Both the position numbers and the translations under genes were made by a program. Below are positions 51,978-64,000 of a DNA stretch of 64,000 bases, piece after piece. Each line of letters starts with the position of its first letter. The stretch's first letter is position 1. The DNA lies in NCBI RefSeq assembly GCF_018350175.1, contig NC_058368.1:60328001-60392000 (forward strand), given 5' to 3'. A model generated the notes under the pieces. That model ran no database searches. It saw only the letters and a program-made list of their open reading frames with translations, and was not told where the DNA came from. This DNA is from Felis catus (lineage: Eukaryota).

Positions 51978-53136
51978 CCTAGGCTATGCATCTCCACAGC
52001 TATGAGAGCAGTTATATGGCTTGCTATCATATCAAAAATAATATCTATAAGTGAAATGCACCAAAATCAACCTTTGTAGAATCAAACACAATACCCATGG
52101 TGAAAATATTTTCTTCAAGAAGAAACAAGTTATTTTCTTGTATGTGACTTTCAAGATCATACTCATGGATTTCAGAATTGCACCTTAACAAAAGTTCTTT
52201 AATAGGGGCGGGCAGTTACAAAAAAAACCCCAAAATATTGAATAACAGAATTCAAAGTTAATAAGGTTGTGTGCTAAAATATAAATTCAGGTATGACAGA
52301 AATCATTCAAAATATACAAGCAAAAAGTATGTGTATGTATATATATGGATGTATATATTTAAATTAGCAATTAAACAATAACATTCCTGATATATATTTA
52401 CATAGATACTGACAAAAATTAATAGATGATACAGCAGAGCACTAATATGAATTAATGGTATGCATATATAATGTTCTATATGTATGATAAACTAATTTAC
52501 ACTAGAGTTTATATTTGTAGTAACTTAAATTGACAGTCCTGTATTTTTCTACAAAAGCAACTTTCACTTTCATATGTAGCTGTTGACTGTAGTGTTACAA
52601 ACTTATTTTAAATAAATCTAAATTATATATTCTTCATGGAGATAGTTATAAAAATTGCTTTATAATTTCTTTAGTGTAGTAAATATGTTTCATATTCAAA
52701 CCTGACTTAATTTTCCTTACAATTTACTAGAGTTTTCGTTACTTATGCTCTAAAGTCAGGATACAAAAAAAAAAAAAAAAACATAGTTTCTCCTCTATTT
52801 TGTCCTCCAGGTCTTTTGGAACAATGTACATGCATGAGTTTTCTAAAATTCATCACTAGGAAGTGCTGTCTGGCAAGCATTCCCATTTTCTTATTCTGGT
52901 AGCCAAAAAGAGCTAGTGAAATCTGCAAGCCAGCAACCACTTAATCTATGGCAGACTCTTGGTGCTATAAATCCATAACTAATCAGGATCAGCTGATAAT
53001 GAATGCAACTTGTCTTGAACATCTATTCTGGGAAAAAAATCTTTCCTGCAATCCCATGTAGGCTTCTCCAACTCTTTGATTTAGAGAGTAGACTCAAAGC
53101 ATGTTGGTGCTTTTAATAACTAATAATATAACATGA

Positions 53137-53335
53137 AACAACAGCTAACACTTATTCAGTGCTTACAATGTGCAAAGAAGTATGCTAAACATTTTGTATG
53201 AACTAACTCATTGAATCCTCATGACAAATGAAAGTAATTACCTGATGTAAATAAATTCACAATATTTTAAGCAGTCATTAAAAGGCAAAAATGGAACTGA
53301 TTTACCCAAACCTCTGTTTTTAATCACTGCACTCA
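53137..53335 (-). mobile_element. MIR fragment
   Basis: cagctaacacttattcagtgcttacaatgtgc...tgctaaacatttt...aactcattgaatcctcatgacaa. Confidence 0.7.
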
Positions 53336-56300
53336 CTATCTTTGAAAAAGTCCCTCACACGGTGAAAACCATCAATGCGATCAAAAAGGACCCATACCTC
53401 TGTGTTCTAAAACAGTAGATGAATATATATTCTAAACACATTAAACCTGTTTGTCTCCTAAACAATGATTTGAAAGGAATAAAAGAAACCTCTATACACT
53501 TCAGATTTTTGTTCAGTTTCCTCGTTTAAAGTACCTATCTGAATGACATTGGGGAAAATATTCCACATTTTAATTATATCTTCTGTCAAAATGTTATCAA
53601 ATTCACAAAAACCTCCAAACTATGATGCCCTGATAGTACATTAGTGACATCAGAAATGTACAGATACAAGGTCTCTGATAAGAATAAGGGTACCCTGAGC
53701 ATGCTCCAACATGCATAAATTAGTATGCATGTAGCCAGATTTTTAGGGCACTGTCATCACTTTATTTTTCCCCATAAAGTTAATCAATCTTTTGGCTTCA
53801 TTTTTTTTTTTTCTGTCAGTGAACACACATGGTAAGAATACAGTTTCATAGCTTACCTATTGCTCTCATTATATAATGAAGTTTTTCAAGCTTTTTTTTT
53901 TTTTCATGATAATCCATTCAGTAGATGAAAGCCTTATGCAAATGACATGAAATGCTGCCAAAGCAACATGGAACCTGAGGTTGTTAGTGTCTTATTTTTA
54001 TTTTGTGCTTTTCAGAATACGTTAATTATCAAGTTAACTCCACTTCTGTTCCTTCTGGTGTACACTAAGGAGTCAGAAAATTGGGAGTCTAATTCTCCAA
54101 TAACCAGAGGTGCTCTTTGGTTCAAATATTTACACTGTCTGGGTCCTTTAAATAAGGAGATAGTACCCCACGTTTTCCTTTTAAAATTTAATGTGATTAG
54201 CTTTCTATTTTTCTTCATTATTTCTCATTCCACAACTCTGAAAACATACTTAAAAACTAACATTTTAAAAAAGCTAATTGTTTTTGCTTTTAGATGTAAT
54301 TTTAAAAAGTTCTTTGAAGTAAATCTTCAATAATTCACTAGATTTTAGGAACCAGATCTTTATATTTAAAGACTATTGGCCTTCTAAGTGACTCAATAAT
54401 TAAAAACTGATAAACTTTCAAATGGGTTTCTCCATTCAATCATAAAGTTGAATAGTTACCAAAGATGAGCTAATCCCCTTACCTCCATTTGGGCCTCACC
54501 TAAACCATTCCAGAAAAGGTTTTATAACCTTTTTCAGAATTTTTCATATATGTTCAAAATGTATTATATTAATTTTTTTAAGTAACTCAAAATCTGAATG
54601 ACTTGGTATCACCATATGGGCATAGAGAGTATATGCTCAACATTTTCAGCATAGTAACCATTTGTCCTGAATCATCTGATCATAAATCAGGATAAATCAT
54701 CCCAAATTGAAAACCTTATTTGCAGATGTAGCTTGCTTTTCTATTATTCTGCTCAACTGTATTACACATTTCTGGGGGGAAACAATTCAGCTTATTCATT
54801 TTATTAAGCATAGATGGAAAGACAATATACCTGTTCATGCATGCATTTCTTCAGTTATGCACACTCTCACACACTCACTCAGAGCCAGTACTGCCTTGAA
54901 GACTTTGGTTTATGCTGCAATTTCTATGGTCCCGGATCTGAGGCACCCGCTGCTAGCAGGTGTCTGCAGGTGTTTGCCTACAAGATGTTCATTGACAGTT
55001 TATTGCAACCAGCGTACCTTCCCTGGTAGTGAAAAACAGCGGCAAAAACACTGCAGGCTAAGTAATGTAGGACAATGATGCTTCATGTACTGTGAATGCA
55101 TAATTATTCATTATCAGTTGGGCAAAGATTAATCATTCTTCTGTGATATTTTTCCCATGGAAGAACTAGTTATCAAATTCTAGTTTCCACAGGCATTGTC
55201 AGTGTATTGGAAGGACTGCAGCTGTACTATGAGTCTCATGGACATTTAACTTCTGACAGCTGTGAATGCTTCTTTGTGAATGCAGACATTGCTCTTTGAC
55301 TCAGAGTTTCTGGAAGAACTCCAAGATGCATTCTCAAGGGCTGCTGCAGACTCCCCACGTGCATGTTAGGAGAAGGTGGTCAGAAATGTCATGAACTGCT
55401 AGCATGGACAGAAACCTGTATTTTTTCTACATATATTTATTTCAGTATAGCTATAAGTAGATGCAGTAATAGTCAATGATGAATCTAATATTTATAAATT
55501 TTCAATATTTGAAGACGTATCATACTTAACGTCAAATCATTCCATGTTCAACTTTACTTACATTGAGGAAGTACTAACATACCCCAAAACTCAAATATTT
55601 TCTTTGAGTTTTATGGAGACACCTGTGTGACATTCATAACAAAACTGGGCTATTAGACATGGATGATCAAAATATTAAGGGTCAATAAAGTATAGTTATT
55701 TATAGTGGGTTTTAGTCATTTGTGATTAATATTTTCATGAACCTAAGTGGTTTATCAATTATTAAGAAATTTCATTAGGCAATGAGATTATCTCATTTAT
55801 GTACTCTTTGGAAAACTTAGAAACTATGTGTTATGCCATTTTCAATTTTATATGATTTCTATAACAAATTCATATGCCAAAGGGCTATGGGTTGTATCCT
55901 TAAACTTACGCATGAAAGGGTTGGTATGAGTGCTCTTCAAAGGAGCCATTTTAGTATTGTATTATTGATTTTTTTAGCAGGTATATAATGCTTGCTTTGA
56001 CTACTGGTTTACTAAATATAAAATAATAATTAGTCAAAAGCTCAAAAATAGAAAAACCTTCTATTATGGACATTTTTTACATTAGAAAAGTACACTATAT
56101 GTATTCAAAAATATTGTTTTATGAACCTTATGTATTCTAGTTGCTGTGACAATAACTCCTGGTAGCTAATAATTTTTTTTTATTCTTAAGGTAGAACAAT
56201 ATATTTGTAAATATATTTAATGATCAGTTTAAGATATATTTTATTTGTAAGAGTAACACTATGTATTAATAATTTGAAAGGTATTCTTACTGCTGACTTT

Positions 56301-58497
56301 CTCAGAAAACATTCAACATTATAGAAATGATTAATCACTTAGAAGGTATGCTTGTTAAAGCTCATTACTAAGTATTGCTAGACATTATTTTCACTTTTCC
56401 TTTAAACTGAAGTAAAAGTCCAAAAGTGTGCATCTAAATTACCAAATTTTTAAAAAAGAAAAAGAAAAAAGATACTAAAAGTCCCTGTAATTCATACCAT
56501 GGTATGGTTCTGCTCTATATTGTCTGTATGAAACATGGGATATCACCAACTACCTTGAGGCAACATGAAGTTGTTTTAATAATTACATGAAAGAATATGA
56601 CCATCTCACAAAATAGCAGGCTAACAGAAAATAAATGTATGTTGTAGGCATGCATACATTTTAGTTGATTGATTTTGAATTATAAATGATGTTAGAATCG
56701 CTTGTTGATGCTTGTGTTAACTGTGGCTGGTAAATATAATTACAAATTGAAAAACCTCATCAAATAGATTCCTATTCTTTGGGACAAATCAATTTAAGCC
56801 TCTCTCTCTATAATAGATGACTTCTAAATGCTATTGTATCAATACTATAATGAAAACTTTTTAATATGAAAATACCTACAAACAAATTTTAGTATTTACA
56901 TACAATCAAGTTGCAGTATAGTCATTGATCAAAGTCTGTCTTCATAGCAGTCACTATCCATATAATATTGCAGTTAAGGACACAGTGGATTGTCCAACGA
57001 AGCATGCCTCTTATACTAGTGATTCAAATTCAAACTGGTTATTTGTTCATTGGGATACATAACAATCAATTAAAATTGCAGCATACATTATAATAGGTCA
57101 CATGACAATAACTTTGAATCTAGTTTCACTAGAGAAGCATCATTAGATTGACAGAATGCTTTTGATCACAGGATAAAAATGCATCACGTAATATTAAATA
57201 AAAATTAGCTGCCTTAGATCCATTTATCACAAAATGTACACCATTGTCATTATCATTCTATTATTAATATTTATTTAAATGAAAATAACTTTACATTTTA
57301 GGATAAAGTGAATCATTTAAAGTCTACATTTTGGGTAATAATACTACATTTCTTCCAGGGACATTTTAACACTTATCATCTGATTAACCAGCGTGTTTTT
57401 TTTAAGGTCCATTGAAAAGAAGCACAGTAACTTTTTTATATATAAAATATGTGATCTACCCAGAGTGGTTTCTGCAGAAATGCAAGTGTATAGTTGTTGC
57501 CAAGCCAGAATCAAGAATGGTGTTGAAGTCTCTGAGCGCCACTGTACTGCTATAGATCAGATGGCTTCCTCTCAATTTTGGACTTAAGCTCTCAAGCAAT
57601 TCATGCTTCTTTTGAAGCTATATTGATTTTGCCCAAAGAAGAAGTACAATAATGGAAATATAGGTCAATTTTATTATTAATATTTTAGATAAGCTGATCG
57701 AAAACAAATAAAAATTAATCTCAAATATTATAATAATTTGTAATGAGGACTGGTTACCAAGCTATTACATCTCTGTTTCAAATATATAAATATGAATTTA
57801 TTTAAACTGAGATTTATTCAGATCTTCATGGAAATTAGAGGACATATTTGCATTCTATAAATTCATTAATTATAATTTCTTGTCCAAACTCTGTCCACTC
57901 TACTTGTACAAGACAGCACTGAACTTCAAAATAGAGCTGTTGTATTCAAATGGTGGAATGTAAGAGTTCAAGTGCTGTTTTGTTACTGACTGACAGACTT
58001 CTCTGTACAAAAAGCCTATTCCAGGATAGTTCCTTGAAGCAAAATACCCTCTTAGGACTTTCTTCTCTAGTTCTACTGACATCCCACTGTGTGATCTGAA
58101 GAAAAGCACCTTAGAGAATACTTCATCATACATAAAAAGGCACTTATCTTCTAATAAAATTCTATTGATATAAAATAATCTACCTTGCCTTCTTTATAGT
58201 GGTGTAATAAGGATGTAATAAGGAATTTTGAAATGCCTGTAAAATGCCTTGAAATCTTTAAAAGAATGGCAGGAGTCTTCAACTGAATGCAATTTAAATG
58301 AATTGAATACAGACCCTCAACAGAATGCAAATCAGGCCCCTTGCCAAATGTGAATCATAATTGTCCTTATTTATTGAGAGTGTCATAATCACCATCATTA
58401 CTCATGAGTACAGCTGTTCATACTGATTGACTTTCAAGGTATCCCAGAAATTGTGTGAGAAACACAGCTGCAGCCTTCTAGGGATTTATCCTGTAGA

Positions 58498-58703
58498 TCT
58501 GTACTGTCCAATATGGTAGCCACAAGGCACATGTGGTTACTTATATATAAATAAGCTAAAATTTTAAGAATTAAAATTGTATTTGCTGTGTCAGACCGAC
58601 CACATTTCGGTTGCTCAACAGTCACCTGTGGCTAATGACCATCATACTGGACACTGCAAATAGGGGTTAGTTCCATCATCACAGAACGTTCTGTTGGAGA
58701 ACA
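58498..58703. mobile_element. MER3-like hAT-Charlie MITE
   Basis: ctgtactgtccaatatggtagccacaaggcacatgtgg...ccacatttcggttgctcaacagtcacctgtggcta...ttccatcatcacagaacgttctgttgga. Confidence 0.8.
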
Positions 58704-58774
58704 TTTTTATAGAGGCTTGGCAAATATATGTTACAAAAAATACTATTCAAGTATTCAACTTATGCAATAGTATT

Positions 58775-58992
58775 TTTTAAATTATTTTAATGTTAATTAT
58801 TTTTGAGAGTGAGAGAGAGACAGAGTGTGAGCTGGGGAGAGGCAGAGGAAGAGGGAGACACAGAATCCGAAGCAGGCTCCAGGGTCCAAGCTATCAGCAC
58901 AAAGCCTGATATGGGGCTTGAACTCACGAGCCGTGAGATCATTACTGTAGCCAAAGTCAGACCCTTAACTGATTGAGCCACCCAGGTGCCCC
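58775..58992 (-). mobile_element. CanSINE (SINEC_Fc-type) with TSD
   Basis: TSD tatgca(a/t)tagtatt at 58761-58774 and 58993-59006. Confidence 0.95.
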
Positions 58993-60411
58993 TATGCATT
59001 AGTATTGTTATATATTATATTCCACTTATTTTGACTAGAGAATGCAAGTGACTTATCAAAAAGTAAAAATGACCCTGAAATCCTTCAACTACCCTGATAT
59101 GAGTCAATTATTTTATATCAAACATAATAAGGTTTAGGATAATATATTTAGCAAATAAATATTTGTTGAATGAAAAAATTCAAAATTGGACATGCATTTA
59201 TTGTGTATACAAAGAGTCTTTTGAAGCTCAGTTTTCCACTGTTTGAGGGGTAAGAAACTCAAGTTCTTTGCTCAATAAGAAATGATAATCTAGCCCAGAA
59301 GAAAATGGCAACCTTAATCAGGAAACAGAACATCGTGCTAGGCAAGTGCTAGATAATGGAAGAAAATGTTCAGGTAAGGAAGTCTTCGGTGTTGGTTAGA
59401 GTGGACAGAAAGGAATTTTTTGGTGAAGAAAGGATTTACAGTAAATTCTCTAGAACAATAGCTGAAAGAAAAGGGAAGAGCCAGTTAGATGAATGAGCAG
59501 TACAACAAAACTTTTGGAGTTGGGAAAGCTGATTTGTTTTGAGGGGATAGAGAGATTATGGGAGTCTCCCCTTGAATGAAAGATCCTAGTTGATAAAAGT
59601 TGAATAAAGTATCGTCAATTTAGACATTCTCCTATAAACAACAGTCCTTCTGAAAATTTTGTAATGAAACTCTGTTTTAGGATGGCTCATTGTTTTTCTT
59701 TGAAAACCTGAAAAGGATACAGGAAATACAGATATACATAATGCCTGTTTGGATTTGTTTCCTAAGAACGACTAGAGATATGTGAGACCCAAGAACTGAT
59801 AAACCTTAAGAGACAAATCCTATCTCTAATAGAAAGATACATAGAAAAGCTATTCTAGCTATATAATAAAACTGTTTCTTTTCCAGTGGACTATGCATAT
59901 CCCAATGCGAGTATAAGCAGAATGGCAGCAGCCTTTGTTCTAACAGGGCCTGATGATAGTTTGTATACTTAAAATATGTCACAATTACACACTCACTCAT
60001 CTTCCTGCTGATAGCAGTAAAGATCTGCTGCTGACAATTTTGAGCATAAGCACTTATCTTCTTTAGAGAACGATTTTGATCTTTCCTTCACCCACCACAG
60101 TATCAAATAAAGGTAACGTCACCAGTACCTAGTATGGTTCTACACAGGGAAGAAGGAAAGGGAAGCCAGCTTCTATTAATTATTATTCTAATAGTTAGGA
60201 CTAGCAGCTAGAATTCAATGTCACATGTTACAGCTACGAAGAAAAACATTTAAACTAATTAATTTATAGTCACATATTTAGAAAGATATTTGGTGTCTTC
60301 ACTGACAGCAATGTGTCATAGAAAAAATAGTTTTGAGAAGTGCGGGACAGAGATTAACTCGGTAACATCATCTTCAACTCTCTACCACCTCCCATATCAT
60401 TGTTCCAAATA

Positions 60412-60897
60412 CAGATTTCCCTTGACTTACAACAAGGTTATGTCCCGATAAACCCATTGTAAGTTGAAAATGCATTTAATATGCCTAACCCACCAAACTT
60501 CACAGCTTAGCCTAGCCTACCTTAAATGTGCTCAGAACACTTATGTAGCCTATAGGTGGGCAAAATCATCTAACACAATGCCTATTTTATAAAAATAGGC
60601 TGAATATCACGTGTAATTTATCGAATACTGTACTGAAAGTGAAAACTGGTGGCTGCATGGGTACAGAATGGTTGTTAAGTTTATGGGCTGTTTAGCTTGT
60701 GATCGCTTGGCTGAGTGGGAACTGAGGCTTGCTACTCCACAGCCCAGCATCACAAAAGAGGATCGTACCACATATCCCTGGCCCAGGAAAGGATAAAACT
60801 CAAAATTCCAAGTAGTTCCCACTAAATGTGTATTGTTCTCAAACCATCATATAGTTGAAAACTCCTAAGTCAAACCATTCAAGCCAGGGATCTTCTG
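60412..60897 (+). mobile_element. MER47-type (Tigger5-derived) Tc1/mariner MITE, full length, TA TSD
   Basis: TA|cagatttcccttgacttac ... aagccagggatcttctg|TA; internal gtcccgataaacccattgtaagttgaaaatgcatttaat...cttagcctagcctaccttaaa. Confidence 0.85.
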
Positions 60898-62909
60898 TAA
60901 TATCCTTATTTTTCAAGTACATGTATTTTGAAATTTTTTATTGGAAATGTGCGTGTAAATTGAAATTTTGAAAAAAATAAAAAATAGAATGTAAAGTGAA
61001 AAACCTTCATCCTACTAAACACTCCCTAGTCTTCCCCCAAAGGGCAAACTCCGTTACTGAATTTGTGTATCCTTCCAGAAAGATTCTCTCCTCCTCCCCA
61101 GCAATGTACACAGATGGATGCTATGGACGCTATTAATAATGACAGGAACATATACTTAAATACACTGTTATGAAAGACAGAAGAGCATTCCAAGGTATAG
61201 ATAGATATGTACCACTTTTCACTTAGACTCAGTCACTTACAAATGTGACTATTCTCACATATTACATTGTATATTACATGTACATGTACATTACAGGTAC
61301 ATTATATTGTACATGTACTTTTTATTTTGGTACACCTGTAGCCTACTTTCTGAAAATATAATTGTTGAAAATATAAATGCATTTTAAATTCTGGAAGATA
61401 TTTCCAACTTGTCCTCCAAAGACAGGGTTTTAACACCTAATCTATCAAAAGACTATCAGAGTATATTTATAAGTAAGTGTAAGAAGCAAGGAAGAAAATT
61501 GTCTATTTTATGTACATCTTTCTCTTATGCCTCTGACGGCAAATATCTAAGACTATAAAAAACAAATTAAATCTAAAAGTGAATAAATAATCTTGCTGAA
61601 ATTAATCAGCTTAACTAGTCATTTGAATTTGGTAAATATCATTGCATGATAATTTCAATTGTTGTAAATCCAAATGTACCAAACTGATAAAAAATATGCT
61701 ATACTACAGTTATTTAGCTTATCAATTACACAGAGAAATAATCATAAGAGATGACTCATGTTTTCCCTTCGAGGAGAAACTTTTCTGCTTTTAGGAATAT
61801 GTGATATATATAATTTAATTTCAAAGACATTAAAAAGATATATATCTGAAAAATGTGTTGTTTACCAAATAGGGTTGTATACACCTTTAGCTACACTGTC
61901 ACAAAGGTACTCTTATTAGAGCTGATTTTGGAGGAGTCTGGAATCTAGCATTGGATTTTATAATCTTAACTTACCAGTTAGGCTAACAAGAAGAAATGCA
62001 AGTTCTACTTGCTTTAGATTTCAATAACGTTGGTTAGTATTTACAAGATCTCATCACTATCATGAAAGAATTTCCTTGTTTATAATCTCTTTTAGGTTAT
62101 TTCATGAGAGACCATAATTCTTGACTTAGCATTTTAATATTCTAAAGAAACCACACAACAATACACAAACGTAATATGATGAGATATCTTAAGAAATTAT
62201 TTAATATAAGAATTCATCTGAAGAGTTGATAAAACACTAAAATGATAATTCCAGGTAATAATGAATATGAATTCACCAATGAATATGGCCAATTTCAAGT
62301 GATAAGTATGCTAGTTGTGGTTTGAATTTAAATTTTATTAGGGAGGTATCAGATTATGTCCATAATTCACACTAATTATTGCCAAATGTATTACCATATA
62401 TGAAACGTATTTTTGATTATACTAGATCATTAATAACTATAATATGCACACGTATGTTCACAAATATTTAGACACAGATTCTCAACTTTTCACATCCAAC
62501 CGACTCAATCAAATAATGTTTAATTTAGTATCATGCCCTTAATTCAGGAGGGATCTATGTGATCAATCATTTCATTTTCTAGTTCCCCAAAGTGTTTATG
62601 AAATCCTGTGCATTCTTTGGAGTATTATGTGAAACTGGGAATACATCTCATCTGACTATATTGTTTAGTATGGACTGAAACAGATATGTTTGCTCGTGTA
62701 GGTGAAAGTCTTGGCTTAAATTTGATCCCTGTTACATGATTAATTTATTTCTTTTCTGGCCATAGTCAATATTCAAAGAAAATAAGAGTTCAAAGACTAG
62801 CAAACGAGGATTTTCCTTATTTCTGTGATGTTTTTCCTCCGGAATTCTGTTTGGTCTCTGCATGTCACTGTATTTTCTCCAAATTCACTTTCCTGCACAG
62901 CAGTTTATA

Positions 62910-62923
62910 GAGACACCTAGCGG
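62910..62923 (-). promoter_or_regulatory. Candidate CTCF core motif
   Basis: Minus strand ccgctaggtgtctc resembles CCRSYAGRKGGCRS; retained CpG in unique DNA; motif match only. Confidence 0.3.
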
Positions 62924-63799
62924 TAAACCATCATGATGGCTTCTCAGGCTATCCTTAATATTGAGTAAATGGTAGAAAGTTGTCATCACTTATTTATTTG
63001 AACCACAAGAAATAAACTGGAATATTGTTTCTAACAAAACTATAACCTAAATTAATTGCTACCATGTTTAAAACTTTTTAGCTCAACAAATTTATTTTTA
63101 ATTAGGAAATAAATCCTTTAATTCGAAATCAAAAATTAAACTGAATTGTGATATTAAATACAATTTTGAAGATTTATGAAGCAATAAAATAATGAACTAA
63201 AACTATACTACAGCTATTTTGAAAATTCCAATAATTGATTAAACCATGTTATACCCAGAATTTCTATGGAGTTTGTCTACATCAAAAATTATGTCTGTGA
63301 TAGAACTTAATATTGATATGCCAAAAGTTTCCAAGTTTAAGTAATATGTAATTTTTAAAACATGAATATTTAACACATTCATTTAAAAATACAAAAGCAA
63401 TTTCATACCTTAAAAACAAATTTTCTAAAATATATAATGTTAGAAGATGATGACTAAATAAAATGTACGGTAACCAGACTTTAGTGGATGAAGTTTAAGT
63501 TCTCTGTTTATATAAAGTACCTGTGGCAAATGGCTCTCATTCCCCAGCCAAATGTTTCTAAATTTACAGGAAGTTCTGTTATAAGATTTTATTGTGTTAT
63601 TCAATGATGTTACAGATTACTTTGTTTCTCCCTCTCTTGTATATGCCTTGAATTTAAACAAAGTATGTATGGATTAACAAAAATATTTGCAAAACAGATT
63701 GAGAGGAAATTTCAAGAAATGCTGCAAAACCTCAGGAGGCTGCAATATTCACCACCTCTAGAAAACTCCTTCTAATTCAACACAGAGGATGTAAAAAGA

Positions 63800-63803
<4 letters not shown>

Positions 63804-63838
<35 letters not shown>

Positions 63839-63863
63839 ATATACATATACATATATATATATA
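63804..63863 (+). repeat. (TG)15 followed by imperfect (TA)n
   Basis: Direct inspection. Confidence 0.95.
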
Positions 63864-64000
63864 TAATCCTATCTTTAATCAAGATATTATACCACAATAG
63901 CATCCCAAACGTTACCAAGAAGGAGACAATATCAATTATGTTTAAGATGATCCCAAAAGAACATTAATTCATAATTAATCCCAAAATAAAATAGATGAAA

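Noticed and set aside
53947..55078. Longest ORFs (128 aa and 123 aa)
   Set aside because: They have low-complexity F/L/K/I composition or non-ATG starts, no recognisable domain and no convincing splice context.
57900..58133. 77-aa minus-strand ORF containing a ttttcttcag acceptor-like site
   Set aside because: No recognisable homology and no strong donor; it cannot be supported as an exon without RNA or conservation data.
61258..61320. Self-complementary tacatgta-rich tract
   Set aside because: It is a low-complexity degenerate repeat with no long perfect stem.

Overview
AT-rich, CpG-depleted mammalian non-coding DNA, intronic or intergenic, almost certainly from a felid (cat family). It carries about 26 carnivore tRNA-derived CanSINEs, several of the young feline SINEC_Fc type with intact target-site duplications (TSDs), and a young 5'-truncated feline-type L1 3' end. 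These sit on a background of ancient eutherian repeats: L1M fragments, an ORF1-only HAL1-like relic, L2, L3/CR1, MIR, MaLR (MLT1) LTRs, and the MER5/MER3/MER47/MER104 DNA transposons. There are also several microsatellites. I could not support any protein-coding exon, RNA gene, CpG island or prokaryote-type system; most listed ORFs are SINE or microsatellite read-throughs or chance ORFs. Two structures stand out: (1) a SINE-84 bp spacer-SINE block bounded by one shared TSD that splits an MLT1 LTR (302-853), and (2) a perfect 28-bp-arm inverted duplication, a pre-miRNA-sized hairpin, inside a CanSINE (46221-46288). Repeat subfamily names come from recalled consensus features, not a database search, and boundaries of old repeats are approximate.
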